This document shows positions 1 through 27,546 of a DNA stretch of 64,000 bases, in pieces. Numbering within the stretch: position 1 is the first letter of the stretch; each line of letters begins with the position of its first letter. Source of the DNA: Lama glama (Eukaryota); assembly GCA_028534125.1 (NCBI GenBank), contig CM052818.1:13890001-13954000 (forward strand), given 5' to 3'. A program made the translations under genes and the position numbers. The notes below the pieces were generated by a model. The model did not search any database. It saw only the letters and a program-made list of their open reading frames with translations, and had not been told where the DNA came from.

Positions 1-1600
1 TAAATCACTTTTAAACCCTTGGATGAAAGGTGCTATATAAATGTAAATACAAAGGATTCTTACAAAATACAAATATTGCACAACAGACTTATTTAAAACC
101 TATTCTCTAGACTTTGAAACATCTTTCTCCATCATGACTCCCTAGATTCAAGTATCAGATTGATAATGGGCATTGTGGCAGTCTAGAGACACTTGCATGT
201 AAAAAATGTAAATTCATTTCTAGGTGAATAAATTGAAAGTAAATATAGAAATTATGTTTTAGGCAAATACAGTAAGTGGGTAACTTAGAGTTTTATTAAC
301 TAGCATCTAATTTGCACAACTAGGACACATCCCAGGACATTTACTGTAAGTTAAAATTTAATGCGCAGAAGGTGGCCCATTGAGGGGAATGATATCACAG
401 CTTGACCTCTCCAGGACAGTAATATCCTATAATAGAGAAACTGCTGACTGAAGCAGCACGTTATTGCTTCAAACAGAAAATGCTTAAGGGCAGCCTATAA
501 AGTACTGAATCTGAGTAGGCTGTCCCTGAGAAAATACAGCAGGACAACCATGGAAACATTTGAAACTGCAAAAGTAGGAATATTCTTAATTATATTCATT
601 GCCTTTTTCATACCATTTCAAGAAAGGACTAGATAACCACATGAATATTTGACTTTCTCCAAAAGATACTGTCAGAAGCAAAATTTGTACGAAGTCACAC
701 ATTTCCCTTATATAGACGACTTCTGCCAAACATAGTATACCCAACTAGAAAATAACTGGAGCCACTTTCCTGACTGGGGTCTGACATGCTTTTAATTAAC
801 TGGCTCTATTCTAAATCAATACCCAAACCCCTAGGAAATTGAAGAATTTAAGTACAGGGTAATAGCGTCAACCCAGACCTCCAATAAAGTGCTTCAGATC
901 TGGCAATGTGGAAATGTATGGTCTAAGCTTTTGAACTGGTGGTTACCAAAGAGTTCACAAACAGGTTTGTATGTAGCACCTTTCATGCGAGGCATGGTAA
1001 GAGCCTTTATAAAAATCACTGTGCATATTACAGAATTGCAGCCACCTCACAAATGAAGTATTACAGCCTGCACTGTCTTAACAGTTTTATGTCAGGAAGT
1101 GAAAAAGATACTGTACCAAATCTGGAGTTACAATGAGGAGTAATAATGTATGCTAAATGACTTGTATTTTAAGTTACTTTTGAGAAAATTGGTGAATTTT
1201 TGTGTTTTCTTTTCTGCTACACTTAGTCCTGAGATGTATTTTTTCTTTAAGCATTGAATGAATAATACAAAAGGACCCATTTTATAATATAAACCTTGAT
1301 GTACATGTTGAGACATTTGGACAACAATGAAAATGCCTTAAAAGGAATGCATATGGATAAAGCTGCACTTACAACACCCTTTAACAAAATCTGGTTTTAA
1401 ATTGTCTTTTTCTTTTCTACTAAGGGTTCTCTCTTTCAATATTTGCCATTGTACTTAAAACTGTTATTAAATACCAAATCAAATAATATAAAAGCTGTAA
1501 CATTTCCTTTAAAAGTAATGCTACTGAGAGATTTGGAGTTGAATGGCAAAATGTTTATTACTTGGCTATACGTAATATAAGCAACATTTCATAACAGAAA
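1..1600 (+). other. CCDC88A: Probable distal 3'UTR of CCDC88A (Girdin); no coding exon in window
   Basis: AT-rich stretch with no recognisable repeats and AATAAA at 883-888. Assignment rests on known synteny (CCDC88A next to PRORSD1, same strand as MTIF2). End point approximate. Confidence 0.45.
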
Positions 1601-3502
1601 AATCCAGTTCATAACAAAATAGACACCATTGGTTGATTTGTCTTTTTTAAAACATTATTTTCATTTTAGTTTTTAACTTTATTTCTCCTAAAAAAACTAA
1701 GCTGGTTTAATATTCACTTGTCAAACTGATATAAAAAAAAAACAAAGAGGGGGTATTTATAGCAAGTGGCTAGCAATCACACATATATTTTAGTCAAGTA
1801 TTCTCTTTCCCGTCGTCCTGGAAAACTTATTTTCAGAAATAACTCATAATCTTATTTAGATGATTCTGTCCTAATCATTTTAGGATGAGTATTGGAGGTT
1901 TTGGAAAGAAAAAGTCGGGGAACCTATCAGCTTTCTCAATCCCAAAATATGTTTAAATACAGTAATAGATTGTACAGATCAGTCTCTCATTTTGATTTGT
2001 AGACTTTGGGAGGCAGACTGTTAGAGATGGCAACCAGCCTCGTGTCCTTGGGCAGGTTGGACCTTCTGGGCCTATTTTCACCACGTGAGGAAGGTAGTTA
2101 GACCAGTTATCTGAGGTCCTCAGTGTGTTTGATTCTATTCATTAAGCCTTCATTTTATGTGCAAAGCAACCTAAAATTTCGTCTTAGAGATACAGTACAG
2201 AGTAGGTAAAAACTAACATGGCACCTCAGAACAAGGTTATCATTTATGGGAAATATTTCTAACTCATCTCTTAAAACCACTCTATATTTTATGAAAATTC
2301 TGCTGAGCAGACTTGCAGTTTTTAATCATATATATCCAAAAATGGCAAGTTTTTACTTTTATTTTGCCTTTCAGTAACACAAATTGGTACAAATTAAGTA
2401 CAGTATCTCTACCAGATGCAAATTATTTTTTGAGTGTTTAACTTTAGGAAAATAATGGTTATTTCACAGATAATTCCATTTGATTGTACTGGAGGAAATG
2501 AGAATTTTCTTGAAACCTCAGCTATTTTTTGTAGCTTAGTCTAGTCAGACCCTCAACTAGGGTTTTGTTTAAGTGAGGTGAAAAAATATGTCAATTTTCC
2601 TCATTCTGTTTTTGAACTACCTTCTATATGGCAATGACAATACATAATCCCGGGTTTTTATACTGTTTTAGACTCCATAGTTGAAAGGGGATGAGAAAAA
2701 TTTAATATAGCCTAGAGGACAGAAGAAACTTTTTCAAGTGTGTTTACACGTCTACCCTCTAAACAAAAAAGACTAAGGAAATCCTTCTTAATAGCCTATG
2801 CATATTCTGCTGAGTTTTAAATTGTAACTTCATCAGTATAATGATTATGATGTAACATTTTCCATCTCTACTTGAATGTTTTTCTAGATTAAAATTTTCT
2901 AAAAATATAATTTAATAAAAGCTAATTAGCTTATTTTTCACTGAAAAAAAAAATCACTAGTTTAAAAACAAACAGTAATAGGATTGATTTACCCTTGCCC
3001 TCATGTTTGTTTTCATTATCTTGCTGGGGAGTTTTTATTCCTTAATCCTCATTCCCCAAAGATAATCACTATCAACAACTTAATATATTCCCATATTCCT
3101 CTAGATTTTTTGCCCTGTATGTACACTATCATATGTATAATTTTATATATGCTGTTTTTGCAACTTGTGTTTTTAAGTATTATAAACACCTTACATAAGA
3201 TGTAAAATAGATGTAACCAATCTTAGTTTTGATGTTAATTTATTCTTAATTGTTGAAGGCATTCCTGTAATGTGTAATTATCATGGGGGTTGGAAGGGTG
3301 GAATCTGAGTTGACTAAAGCTATTACCTTAATACATCGTTCTAAAAACAACTCCTTTAAGAGGAAATATTCTTCCTAAAATCATTTTAGGTAATTACCAA
3401 ACCAAGGTGTTACATGTATCTTACCACTTTTTTTGCTTTTTATAAATTACAAGTAAGAAAAACAACTTTCAGAAATAAATGTATTCTAAACATCAATTAG
3501 TT

Positions 3503-3928
3503 TTAATCAAAATTTAGTATTATGGGATCATGTCCTGTCTTCTTCACAAATGTGAGAAAGTCTTCAGGGCTCAATCCCATGGTCGCAGCATTAGTCATTG
3601 GATGAAAGTACACCTTTTCATGTCCACCATCCAAAAAAGCAGAATCCAAAACAAATTTCACATCTCCATCATCACAGAAGAGTGCCAGCGGTGTGGCACA
3701 ACCTTGGCCAACTTTTAGTTTTTCTAGCATGGCTGTTTCATCAGCAAACCGCAGATTTCCACTCCCAACACCTAACTGCTTGGCAAGATCATTCAAATTA
3801 ATTTGTCTATCATGAAGAACTGTCACCAGCCAATAGCCTTTTTTCTTTTTGTCTTTAAGAAATAAGTTCTTACTGTGTGCTCCTTTCAAATGTTGGATAT
3901 GAGGCATCATTTCTTCAACTGTAAACAC
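3503..3928 (-). CDS. PRORSD1: PRORSD1 coding exon 2 (141 codons + TAA)
   Basis: Acceptor ttttacag|GTG; matches the C-terminal part of ORF 3503..4063. Confidence 0.93.
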   Translation of the reverse strand: MFTVEEMMPHIQHLKGAHSKNLFLKDKKKKGYWLVTVLHDRQINLNDLAKQLGVGSGNLRFADETAMLEKLKVGQGCATPLALFCDDGDVKFVLDSAFLDGGHEKVYFHPMTNAATMGLSPEDFLTFVKKTGHDPIILNFD

Positions 3929-3955
3929 CTGTAAAATATGAGAAAATTTGAAATA

Positions 3956-3987
<32 letters not shown>

Positions 3988-5070
3988 TTTGCTTGCTGTG
4001 TGAAAACAGCATGGTAGTACTCAGTGCCCCGAATTTTAGTGGGAGAGACCATTCCCAACCCACTGCTAAAACCCTATCTCATCTCAGGACCTCAAGTAGT
4101 TTCTCTTAGGCCAGTTCTCTATTCCAATGTGCTGGCCAAGCCCTCACATTCCTAAAATGCTCTTTTTCCTTTAAACTTTTTGTAAGGTTTATAGCAGCCC
4201 AGACTCCTTTTCCTTGGCATTACACATTACATCCAGACCATGTGACAACCTTCACTCTACAGATAACCAGTAGGATGAGAGGGCAGGGGATGAGACCGTG
4301 GACTACTGTATAAAAAACATCAGAAAAGGTGCCAATATGCACAGTAAAAAAGGAGTGTGGACTGGGGGTGAGTGGGGGAGACACAAAATGATAGTTTTTA
4401 TGTATTTCTCTACCCTCTTAAGGTCACCTCTATATTTAGCTAATTATCATTAGCTAATACCCAAGCCTTGGGCAAAAAATTCTGTCCCTGAACCACTCAG
4501 GTTACAACATATTGGCCACATGAGACATTGCAGAAAATCTTCCCGTCAATGCACCAAACCAAGTTAAAAAAATACCAAACTTTCTAATCTTGCTGTCCCG
4601 TATGCACGACGCCTGATAACATCGTAGCCACTGCAAACACGGCTTACTGCTTGGCAACTTTACAAATAAAGTGGATACACTGACCGACATCCCACACCAG
4701 CTTAAGATGCACAAGTTCTCGATATGTTGCACCAGGTCTTAACATAAAATATCAAGTCACTCCAAAAGTAAAAACGAGTTTTTTTCACTATTACATCAGA
4801 GTCCCAAGTGGAGAGGCCTTTCGTGCTGCGTTCAGGGCCCTTTCGTACTCTGGATCCCGGGAAATGCCTTAGAACAACGTTTCTGCGGTACATTACCCCT
4901 GGGACATCTGTCTTGGCGGCTTCGCCCGACAGACTCTGCAGCAGAGCCCAACCCTTCCCGGGGCTGTCCCAGGGGCAGCGCCTCACCTCCGGGTGCTCCA
5001 CGACCTCCGTGCGGATGGCCAGGGCGCTGAGCCGCTGCTCCAGCGCCGCCCGCAACTCGACGCCCGCCAT
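3503..5070 (-). CDS. PRORSD1: PRORSD1 / PrdX (ProXp-ala) aminoacyl-tRNA deacylase, spliced CDS join(4987-5070, 3503-3928), 169 aa, intact
   Basis: MAGVELRAALEQRL...VEHPE|VFTVEEMMPH...SKNLFLKDKKK...GQGCATPLAL...FHPMTN...ILNFD*. YbaK/ProX-family motifs present (KNLFL, GxxxP loop, HPxxN). GT-AG intron 3929-4986, phase 0. Confidence 0.93.
3957..3986. repeat. (AC)n microsatellite just upstream of the PRORSD1 exon 2 acceptor
   Basis: About 15 AC units seen directly. Confidence 0.95.
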
Positions 5071-5330
5071 GCTGCCGTCGTGGCGGTGCCGAGAGACCTG
5101 GCGGAGCAACTGGGCGTGGCCTCCCGCCGCCCGGGCGTCGGCCGGCCGAGACGGAAGTGCCTGGAGGAACTAGGGGCGGCGCCGGAAGCCCCCGACTGGA
5201 GACTTCCGGGGACGGGGCCGCGCCGTCTTTGCTAACCTCGGTGGATCGTTCTTGGAAGTCCCCTGTGTCCGCAGGAACGGCCTTGTCAGACCTGCAGGGT
5301 TCCTTCCCCGGCGGCCCATAAGAGGGAGGT
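4900..5330 (-). promoter_or_regulatory. CpG island / PRORSD1 promoter with several ETS (GABP-type) sites and a GC box
   Basis: High GC/CpG content; CGGAAGT ~5152, CCGGAAG ~5182, ACTTCCGG ~5203, GGGGCGG ~5173. Confidence 0.8.
4987..5070 (-). CDS. PRORSD1: PRORSD1 coding exon 1 (28 codons)
   Basis: ATG in AGCATGG Kozak context; donor GAG|GTGAGG. Confidence 0.92.
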
Positions 5331-5379
5331 GCCTGCAATCTCACAGTCCTTTCTAGCCCAGCTTCAGGTTTCCTAGATA

Positions 5380-5870
5380 CAGCAAATCTTCCAGGTAAAT
5401 AGAATCAGAGCCACCTGACAACTCAGCTTAAGGAGTATTGGGGGAGTAATCGATTGTATGTCATCATGGGTTGCCCCGGGAGGTGGACCAAGGCAGTCAG
5501 AGGCTCCTCACTCCTTCCTCTGTCCTTAGAATGTACTTTCCGCCTGCTATTCCTGTGCTGGGAGCTACTTGAAGGATGCAGCCTAGAGAGAGTAATGTGT
5601 TATTGAAACCATGTGGACTTTTAGGTGACTGAAACCAGTCCACCCCCTCCGCACCACCCTCCACCCCCGCCCAGATAGACTCTTAAGATTCTGACAGGTG
5701 AACGCCCTAGACAAAACCACGTGTGTAAGTTCCCTTGCTTATTGAACCTGCCACCTACCAATCTGGAATGGTTTGCCTCTTCCGTCTTACCATGCCCTCC
5801 GTGTGTGGGTGTGTTGGGGGTGGGGAAGGGGGGTTCACCTGGGGAACTCCCTGAGGTTGTGAACCAACGG
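5380..5870 (+). mobile_element. Probable solo ERV LTR upstream of PRORSD1
   Basis: LTR-like composition and a degenerate polyA/R-U5 segment (cttgcttattgaacctgccacc). Family and ends not established. Confidence 0.45.
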
Positions 5871-6093
5871 GGAGAGTGGAGGGGGTCCAAATCCCTATCC
5901 TTTTAAATAGCTGTGGCACCCACAACTCACCTTTTTGAGAGGCACTTTGCCTACCCCTTGGTGGGATGTTTTCCTCATTTCCTACAAAACCCTCCCACCC
6001 TTGAATGAGGCCTGAAATTCCACATTAGAGTTTCACTTATGAATTTAGCAACTTGCTCAGGTCACATCTTTAGCGGTTGGTGAGATGGTCCCT

Positions 6094-6290
6094 TAAAATG
6101 ATAGCAATTGAAATGCTTCAGTAGTTTTCAAGTTTGTGTGTTAGACTCATTAAAAAGATTTCCAGGACAGAGGTTTCCTTTCAGTCATTCAGCAACACTG
6201 ATTACACGTTTGTGGTAGGCCCTGGGGAGACAAACAAAAAAGGGAAGAGGGCATGAGTCAGGAGGCCAGACTATGGGAGGGAGATAACTG
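6094..6290 (+). repeat. Copy 1 of a ~195-bp dispersed direct repeat (copy 2 at 8253-8449)
   Basis: taaaatgatagcaa...gagataactg aligns end to end with copy 2, roughly 90% identical by eye. Confidence 0.95.
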
Positions 6291-6710
6291 GACCTAAATT
6301 CAAGTCTGTTTGATTCCAAGGCCATTTCTTAACTGCCGCCATAATTGAAGAAGTTGAATTAAAGATCATTAGGGTCCCAACCAGCTTTGAGATTTTGCCT
6401 TTTTTAACATAATGAATATAAGTATTTTTAACTTAAATTTGGTATTAATCTATACTACATGATATATGGTAAATATCTGTGTTTCTATTAGTATTGCAGC
6501 TGCTACCAAAACAATTCTCCATGTGGGAAACCGTAAGAGTAATAATCTTTTATATTTCTAGTGGGAAACATAGCATTAATCTCCAGTAACCTCTATACCA
6601 ATGAAGAAATTTGCATTGAATTTTCATCAGCAATGATAAAACTGTTTCTGTCTATGTAGGTATGGCACTTTTAGACAAGAGAAACTTTCAAAGTCATTAA
6701 AAAGAATAAG

Positions 6711-6800
6711 GGGGTGGGGTGGGTATAGCTCAGTGGAAAAGCGTATGTGCAAGGTCCTAGTTTCAGTTCCCAGTACCTCCACCAAAACAAGAAAAAAAAG
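6711..6800 (+). mobile_element. tRNA-derived SINE (Vic-1-like), degenerate
   Basis: gggtatagctcagtgg (A box)...cccagtacctcc followed by A-rich tail. Confidence 0.75.
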
Positions 6801-6995
6801 AATGATATGGATCTGTGTTCATCAGCATGGAAGATGTCCATTATGTATTGTAGCAATAACAAGCAGCTTTTATAGCATTAATCTCATTTATATAAAATTA
6901 TACGTATTTATACAGAGATAAATGAAATGATGTTCACCAAAAAAATTAAAGGTGTTTACCTTCAGAGAGGTGGGATCTAGGATTTGAGTCACTTT

Positions 6996-7900
6996 ATTTT
7001 TTTTAATAAAGTTTTAATTTTGAAATACATTTAGATTACAGAAATGTTGCAAAGATAGTGGAGAATTCCCAAATGTCCTTCACTTAGTCTCCTCTGATGT
7101 TAACATGTTAGATTCTTATGTTTGTGAAAATTAAGAAACTAACACTGGGGTATTACGGTTAACTGAACTACAAATTTTATTCAGATTTCACCAGTTTTTC
7201 GACTAATGTGCTTTTCTGTTCCAGGATTCTATACAGGATCCTACGTTGCATTCAATCATCACATTTCCTTCTATCTTCTGATCTGTGATAGTTTCTCTGT
7301 CTTTTCTTTTTTTTTTTTTATGTCCTTGACACTTTTGAAGAGTTCTTTTTTTTTCACTTTTTTTTATTGAATTACAGTCATTTTACAATGTTGTGTCAAA
7401 TTCCAGTGTAGAGCACAATTTTTCAGTTATACATGAACATACATATATTTATTGTCACATTTTTTTTTTCGCTGTGAGCTACCACAAGAGTTTTGAAGAG
7501 TTCTGCTCAGATATTTTGAATAATGTTCTTTAACTTGGGTTTGTCTTATGTTTTCGCCATGATTAGAGTAGGGTTTTGGGTTTGGGGGATGAATATTATA
7601 GGGATGAAATGCCCTCATCACATCATTTCAGGGGATACATGATATCAACGTGACATTGCTGGTGACGTTCAGCTTGATCAGTTGGTTAAGGTGGTATCTG
7701 CCAGGTTTCTCCACTGTGAAGTTACTATTTTTCCCTTTCCATATTCTGTTCTTTGGAAGCAAGTCACTAAGTTCCAGCCCACACTCAAGGGAAGGGAAAT
7801 TAAGCTTTACCCCCTACTGGAGATTATATACATGTATCTATGGAATTCTTCTGTAAGGAGAATTTGTTCCTTCTCGCTGTTTAAGTACAGACACATGTAC
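6996..7900 (-). mobile_element. Old L1 (L1MC-like) 3' fragment with a young nested 144-bp L1 tail at 7347-7490
   Basis: The nested piece is flanked by a 14-bp TSD ttttgaagagttct (7333-7346 and 7491-7504); the same young L1 sequence recurs at ~49010-49250. Confidence 0.75.
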
Positions 7901-8252
7901 ACTTATTTGGTATTTTGGGTTATAACTAATACTATGTTGTTTTGTTGCTCTACTGTTTCCAGCTTTGGCTTTTCCTGGTGGGTGCCTGTTCCTTTAACTG
8001 CCCTTAGCTTTTTTTTTTTTTAAGCTACTTTATATATTTTGGGGTATTGCTTAAATTTTCTACATTAGCATCTGTTATCTTCATGAATAGAAAAGCATTG
8101 GTTATTTTCACTTTAATATTCAGGGGGAGAGATATGCCCACTTCTTTTATGTTCTTCCAACCAGTTTCTGCTTGTTTCTTTCTCAACTGCTTGGCAAGGC
8201 AAAGAGAGCAAAGAATAATTTCTTGCAGAAATTGCACTTCAGTGAGTGTAAG

Positions 8253-8449
8253 TAAAATGATAGCAACTGAAATGCTTCAGTAGTTTTCAAGTTTGTGTGT
8301 TAAATTGATTAAAAAGATTTCCAGGACAGAGGTTTCCATTCAGTCATTCAGCAACACTGATTACACATGTTTGTGGTAGGCCCTGGGGAGACAAACATAA
8401 AAAAGGGAAGGGGGCATGAGTCGGGAGGCCAGACTATGGGAGATAACTG
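8253..8449 (+). repeat. Copy 2 of the ~195-bp dispersed direct repeat
   Basis: Aligns with 6094-6290. Confidence 0.95.
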
Positions 8450-9049
8450 TACGTATATTCCTGAGTAACTTTTCTGTATGTACCACATCATTAGCCTAAG
8501 ATAGTGTTAGACCTTGAGGACAGAGATAAAACAATACTTAGACTCATGAGAATAGTTGTGGTCAAAAGAACGGGCCAAAAGACAATGTCCAATCAAGATG
8601 TGGAAATGCTAATTTCTGGGAGGAGGTTAATAAGCATAACAGCAAACACTTACGATCAACCATCTGCTTTATGAACTTTACCGCTACTGCTATTCTAAGT
8701 ACTACTATCATTACCATATTGCAGAATAGAGGCATAGATAATTTATATAACGTCCCCAAGTCTACACAGCTGGGAACAAGCTGGGACTGGAGGCCACTGT
8801 GGCTTTACTACTTCAATCCTACCCTCTTGAGGCGACTTTTGAAAGACAAATTGCTCCCCGCTCTATACTAAGTGGGTCTATCACAAGTTTCCTTGCATTT
8901 TTCCCTTTTTTTTTTTACTATGTCTTTTAAAGACATCTCATTTCTCCCACATTTCCCCGTTCAACTTTACTTTGAAAGGGAAAGGTGGGCACCGAGGTCG
9001 CTCACAGACACAGAGTAGCAGCAATTTACTTCTTAGAAAACGAAGGGAT

Positions 9050-9560
9050 TTGCAGAAACGATTATCGACGCAAGGCTGACCCCTTAACTCCCAGACGGCT
9101 CCGAGAGCCCCACCCACAACAGCTACTGTTCACAAGTCCCACTTCTGAACTCCGAGTAGAACCGCTTCCGGCGACACCGGAAGCCTGACGGGGACCGTTT
9201 CGGGGACGGACTGGCTAACAGACCGTTTTCCCGGGGGCGGAAGGTGATCTCCGCCCGGCTTTAGAGTCTGGACGCCCTGGCCCTATGTAGGAGTTAAGTG
9301 AGTGGGGTCCCTTAGCTGGGTCGTCCCGGGTGGTATATATTGTTTGGCCTAATGTGTTAGGGGCACAAATCATAAACACCATGCATTCGAGAGCCCTTCC
9401 ATGATGCATTTAATTCCTGAGGGACCCTACTTTAGGCGTAACGAAAGCGTTGTTCAACCAGAAGCGGTAGGCTGCATCCGCTCCCCGCGCCCTGCGTCAG
9501 GTGTTCCCCACTCTCCGGCCTCCCCTCTGCCCAGGGCTTTCTGGGCTCGGGTTCGAAGTG
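9050..9560 (+). promoter_or_regulatory. CpG island / MTIF2 promoter with an inverted ETS/GABP pair
   Basis: GCTTCCGG-cgaca-CCGGAAGC at 9164-9184; GC box GGGGCGG near 9234; lies ~2 kb upstream of the first coding exon. Confidence 0.75.
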
Positions 9561-11162
9561 AAGACAACCCAGATCAGTAATTTTTCTACAGTGACTTCTT
9601 TTTACCTTTCAGATAGCTTCCGAGGCTTCCAACTCCTTTATTCAGACTTCCACCAACGCAACTGCATTATTTCCAACATCCTTTTCCACATTCCATGACA
9701 AGAATATCCTAGCTGCGGAGGAACACAGAATTGGGAATCGGAAAGCCTCCTGTATTCTAGTCCTATCATTAACTAGCGGTATGACCTTGGAGAAGGCTTT
9801 TTGACCTCTCTCACTTCATTTTCCTTTTCTGTAAAATGAGAGTCTTGGAATAAGTACCAAATAAGGCTCCTTACAGTTTTGGTATTTGGTTTATTGCTCC
9901 CCAATGTATTTTTCGAATTCCTGCCTCGATGTATCTGTGCTTTAGTTAATCTCCTTGTCGGGCCTTATCTCGCATTCCGTTTATCTGTGTGTCTGTGAAA
10001 TCTGGTTTCAGACTCCATTAAAAAAATTTTTTCTCAAGGAATTTTGCGCTTCCTGAGCATTCTTTATGTCTTAGTCCAGGGAAATGTACCTAAATAAGAT
10101 TCTTTAAATGTGCCATTCTTGAGGTGTTTAAGAATTATTGTATCGGAACATTTTAAAGACTGAATTCTGAAGGAAGGTACTCCGGCTTATTAAACTTTCA
10201 GTCAACAACCTCAAATACAGTGCCTGGAAGATGGTACTCGGGAAATGTTTGCTGAGGAGAAAACACACTTCTTACAGCATTTAGTTGCTCTTTCCCTTAA
10301 ACACTGAAAAGCAAAGCTGTAGAAATGTAGTCCTGAGGTCAGATGGAATAGAAGACTCAAGGAGAAAAAAACTATACTTCTTAGTTCTGAGCTATAGTGT
10401 TGAGTTCTTTGTGGTTTTCTCTCAATAAACTCTTCTTTCATCCCAAGGGTAGTATTCAAGAGGCATTATTCAATAGGTATTTATTGGCATTTTTCAATAG
10501 ATATTTATTGGGTGCCTTCTTCCCACTCTGACTCATCTTTTTTGTTGAGGGGTTGGGAGGAGGGGAAAATGTTAAGGTTGAAAGACAATTCCAAGTAAAG
10601 GGAGCATACACAAAGGCTCAAAGAGTAGGTGAGAAACCACTGAAGATTACAGGTGGGACAGAATAACAAAAATTTGGGAGGGAGGAGTGAAAGGACTCAA
10701 AGAGTGAAAGAGATGAACTGAGAGATTAGCAGAGGGAGATAATGAGTTCTTATACAGCGTGTTTGAAGTTGTGCATAAAACTGGGGATAATGTGCTCCCT
10801 CCCCCACCCATCCAAGGGTGTTTAGCGAAGAGGTGAAAAAGAGGTTGACTTTTAAAAAATCTCTGTACTTGTGGTTTGGTTAGTTGATGTTTCAAGCATG
10901 AAAAAAGTGCCCTTTATAAGTTTGTTATTGTATTTCAGTGTTGTTATGGTAGGAACATTAACAATAATAATAGTTAATATCAGGAGATAGTATGGAATCC
11001 CATCTCTCTGACTAGACTGAGCTCTTTTCAGGGCAGGAACCCAGTTTTACTCATTTACTCTAGCACAGTGCTTTGCATGTAGTAGATACCTAATTAATAT
11101 TTGCTAACTTGATTTCAATATTAACCAAAATATTATTTTAAAACTTTTTTCCTAGGAAAAAT

Positions 11163-26201
<15,039 letters not shown>

Positions 26202-27479
26202 GTGAGTGTTCACTGAATGTTACTTTTAAACATTCATATCTTACCTCCTGTAAATAACATTTGAAAGCAAAGTTTAAGGGAAATGTATTTCACTGTTCCA
26301 ACACATGTCCCGTTTTCTACAAAAAATGACTACTATAGAGTTCACTGGAACTTCATATGAATTATAAACACCTGCCCTCCATAAGGTGTCGTGCTTTGGC
26401 TGTGAGGATACAAAGGCAAATAAGGCAGTAAGAACTTGCCCTCAAGTTTGAACATAAATAACTAATTGTAATAGAGTAGACTGGGGTGGAAGGCATAAAG
26501 ATTATTACCAATGTTGTGGAATGAGCCATTGATTTTGTCATGTAGCTGGCAGAGAAATCCACCATGAGAAGAAAATTTACTTTAAATATCAAACATTTAA
26601 AAATTTTTTTCTAACATACCCCTTGGCTGTATTAAATGCTAATTTTTTTTTTTTAGATAGACTGAATCATTTTTTGTTTTTTCCTCCCCACATACAGATT
26701 TTTTGGTTAACTTTTAATTTTGATGATAGCTTTAAATTTCCAGAAAAATTACTAGAAAAGTGTAAGGAACTCCTACTCAGCTCACCAGTTGTTTGCATTT
26801 TGCTGTTTGTTTTAGTCCTCCCTCTCCCTCCACACATACACACAATTTTTCCTGGACCATTTGATAATAAATTTGAGATACTGTGTTCATTTGCTCTTAA
26901 ATACATTTCCTAAAAACAAGGATGTTTGTTTATAAAGCCACAGAACAAGTATCAAACTCAGGAAATTTTACATTAATAATCTTATCTAAGCCACAATCCA
27001 TATTCACATTTTGTCCGTAGTCTAAATAATGTACTTGATAGGTATTTGTCCCTCAGTGCAGGATCACAGATTACATTTAGATCTTGAGTCTTTTTGGATG
27101 TTTTTGAAGTGTATAGACCAGTGACTTTGTTGAATGTACTTTAATTTGGATTGGTCTGATGTTTCTTCATGATGAGATTCAGTATTTCCATTTTTGGTCC
27201 ACAATATAAACTTACTTTAGGATTTTCTGACCTACTAAATATGATCGGAGATTTGCATATTCTTGTGCTAAGAGCAATTTAGAAAACTGTCATATGAGGG
27301 TTTCTAGGAGTAAGCACTAAAATAACACTAACCCTACAAAAAAATTGGTACATTATAGTGTCTAACAGTGTCATTATTGGAATTTAATTTTCGGTCACTA
27401 AAAAAATTAAGATGAGTCATAGAATTAGTTACTATTAAGTGGATATAAATTACCAGTGGTGAGATTAAAAATAAATCAA

Positions 27480-27546
27480 GGGGGGAGGGTATTGCTCAGG
27501 ATGCATGCCTAGCATGCATGAGGTCCTGGGTTCAATCCCCGGTATC
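27480..27546 (+). mobile_element. Vic-1-like SINE truncated by the assembly gap
   Basis: gggggagggtattgctcag...gaggtcctgggttcaatccccggtatc then N. Confidence 0.85.

Noticed and set aside
3929..4063. N-terminal 45 aa of ORF 3503..4063 (CVCVCV)
   Set aside because: Intronic read-through across a microsatellite; the real exon starts at 3928.
4702..5344. Overlapping 80-170 aa ORFs and a possible TTG-initiated N-terminal extension of PRORSD1
   Set aside because: Expected stop-poor ORFs in a CpG island. Only 4987-5070 resembles the family, the ATG has a good Kozak context, and an in-frame stop lies at 5170-5172.
9290..9790. Candidate MTIF2 5'UTR exons (donor near 9297, acceptor at 9612)
   Set aside because: Plausible splice signals, but boundaries cannot be fixed without transcript data.
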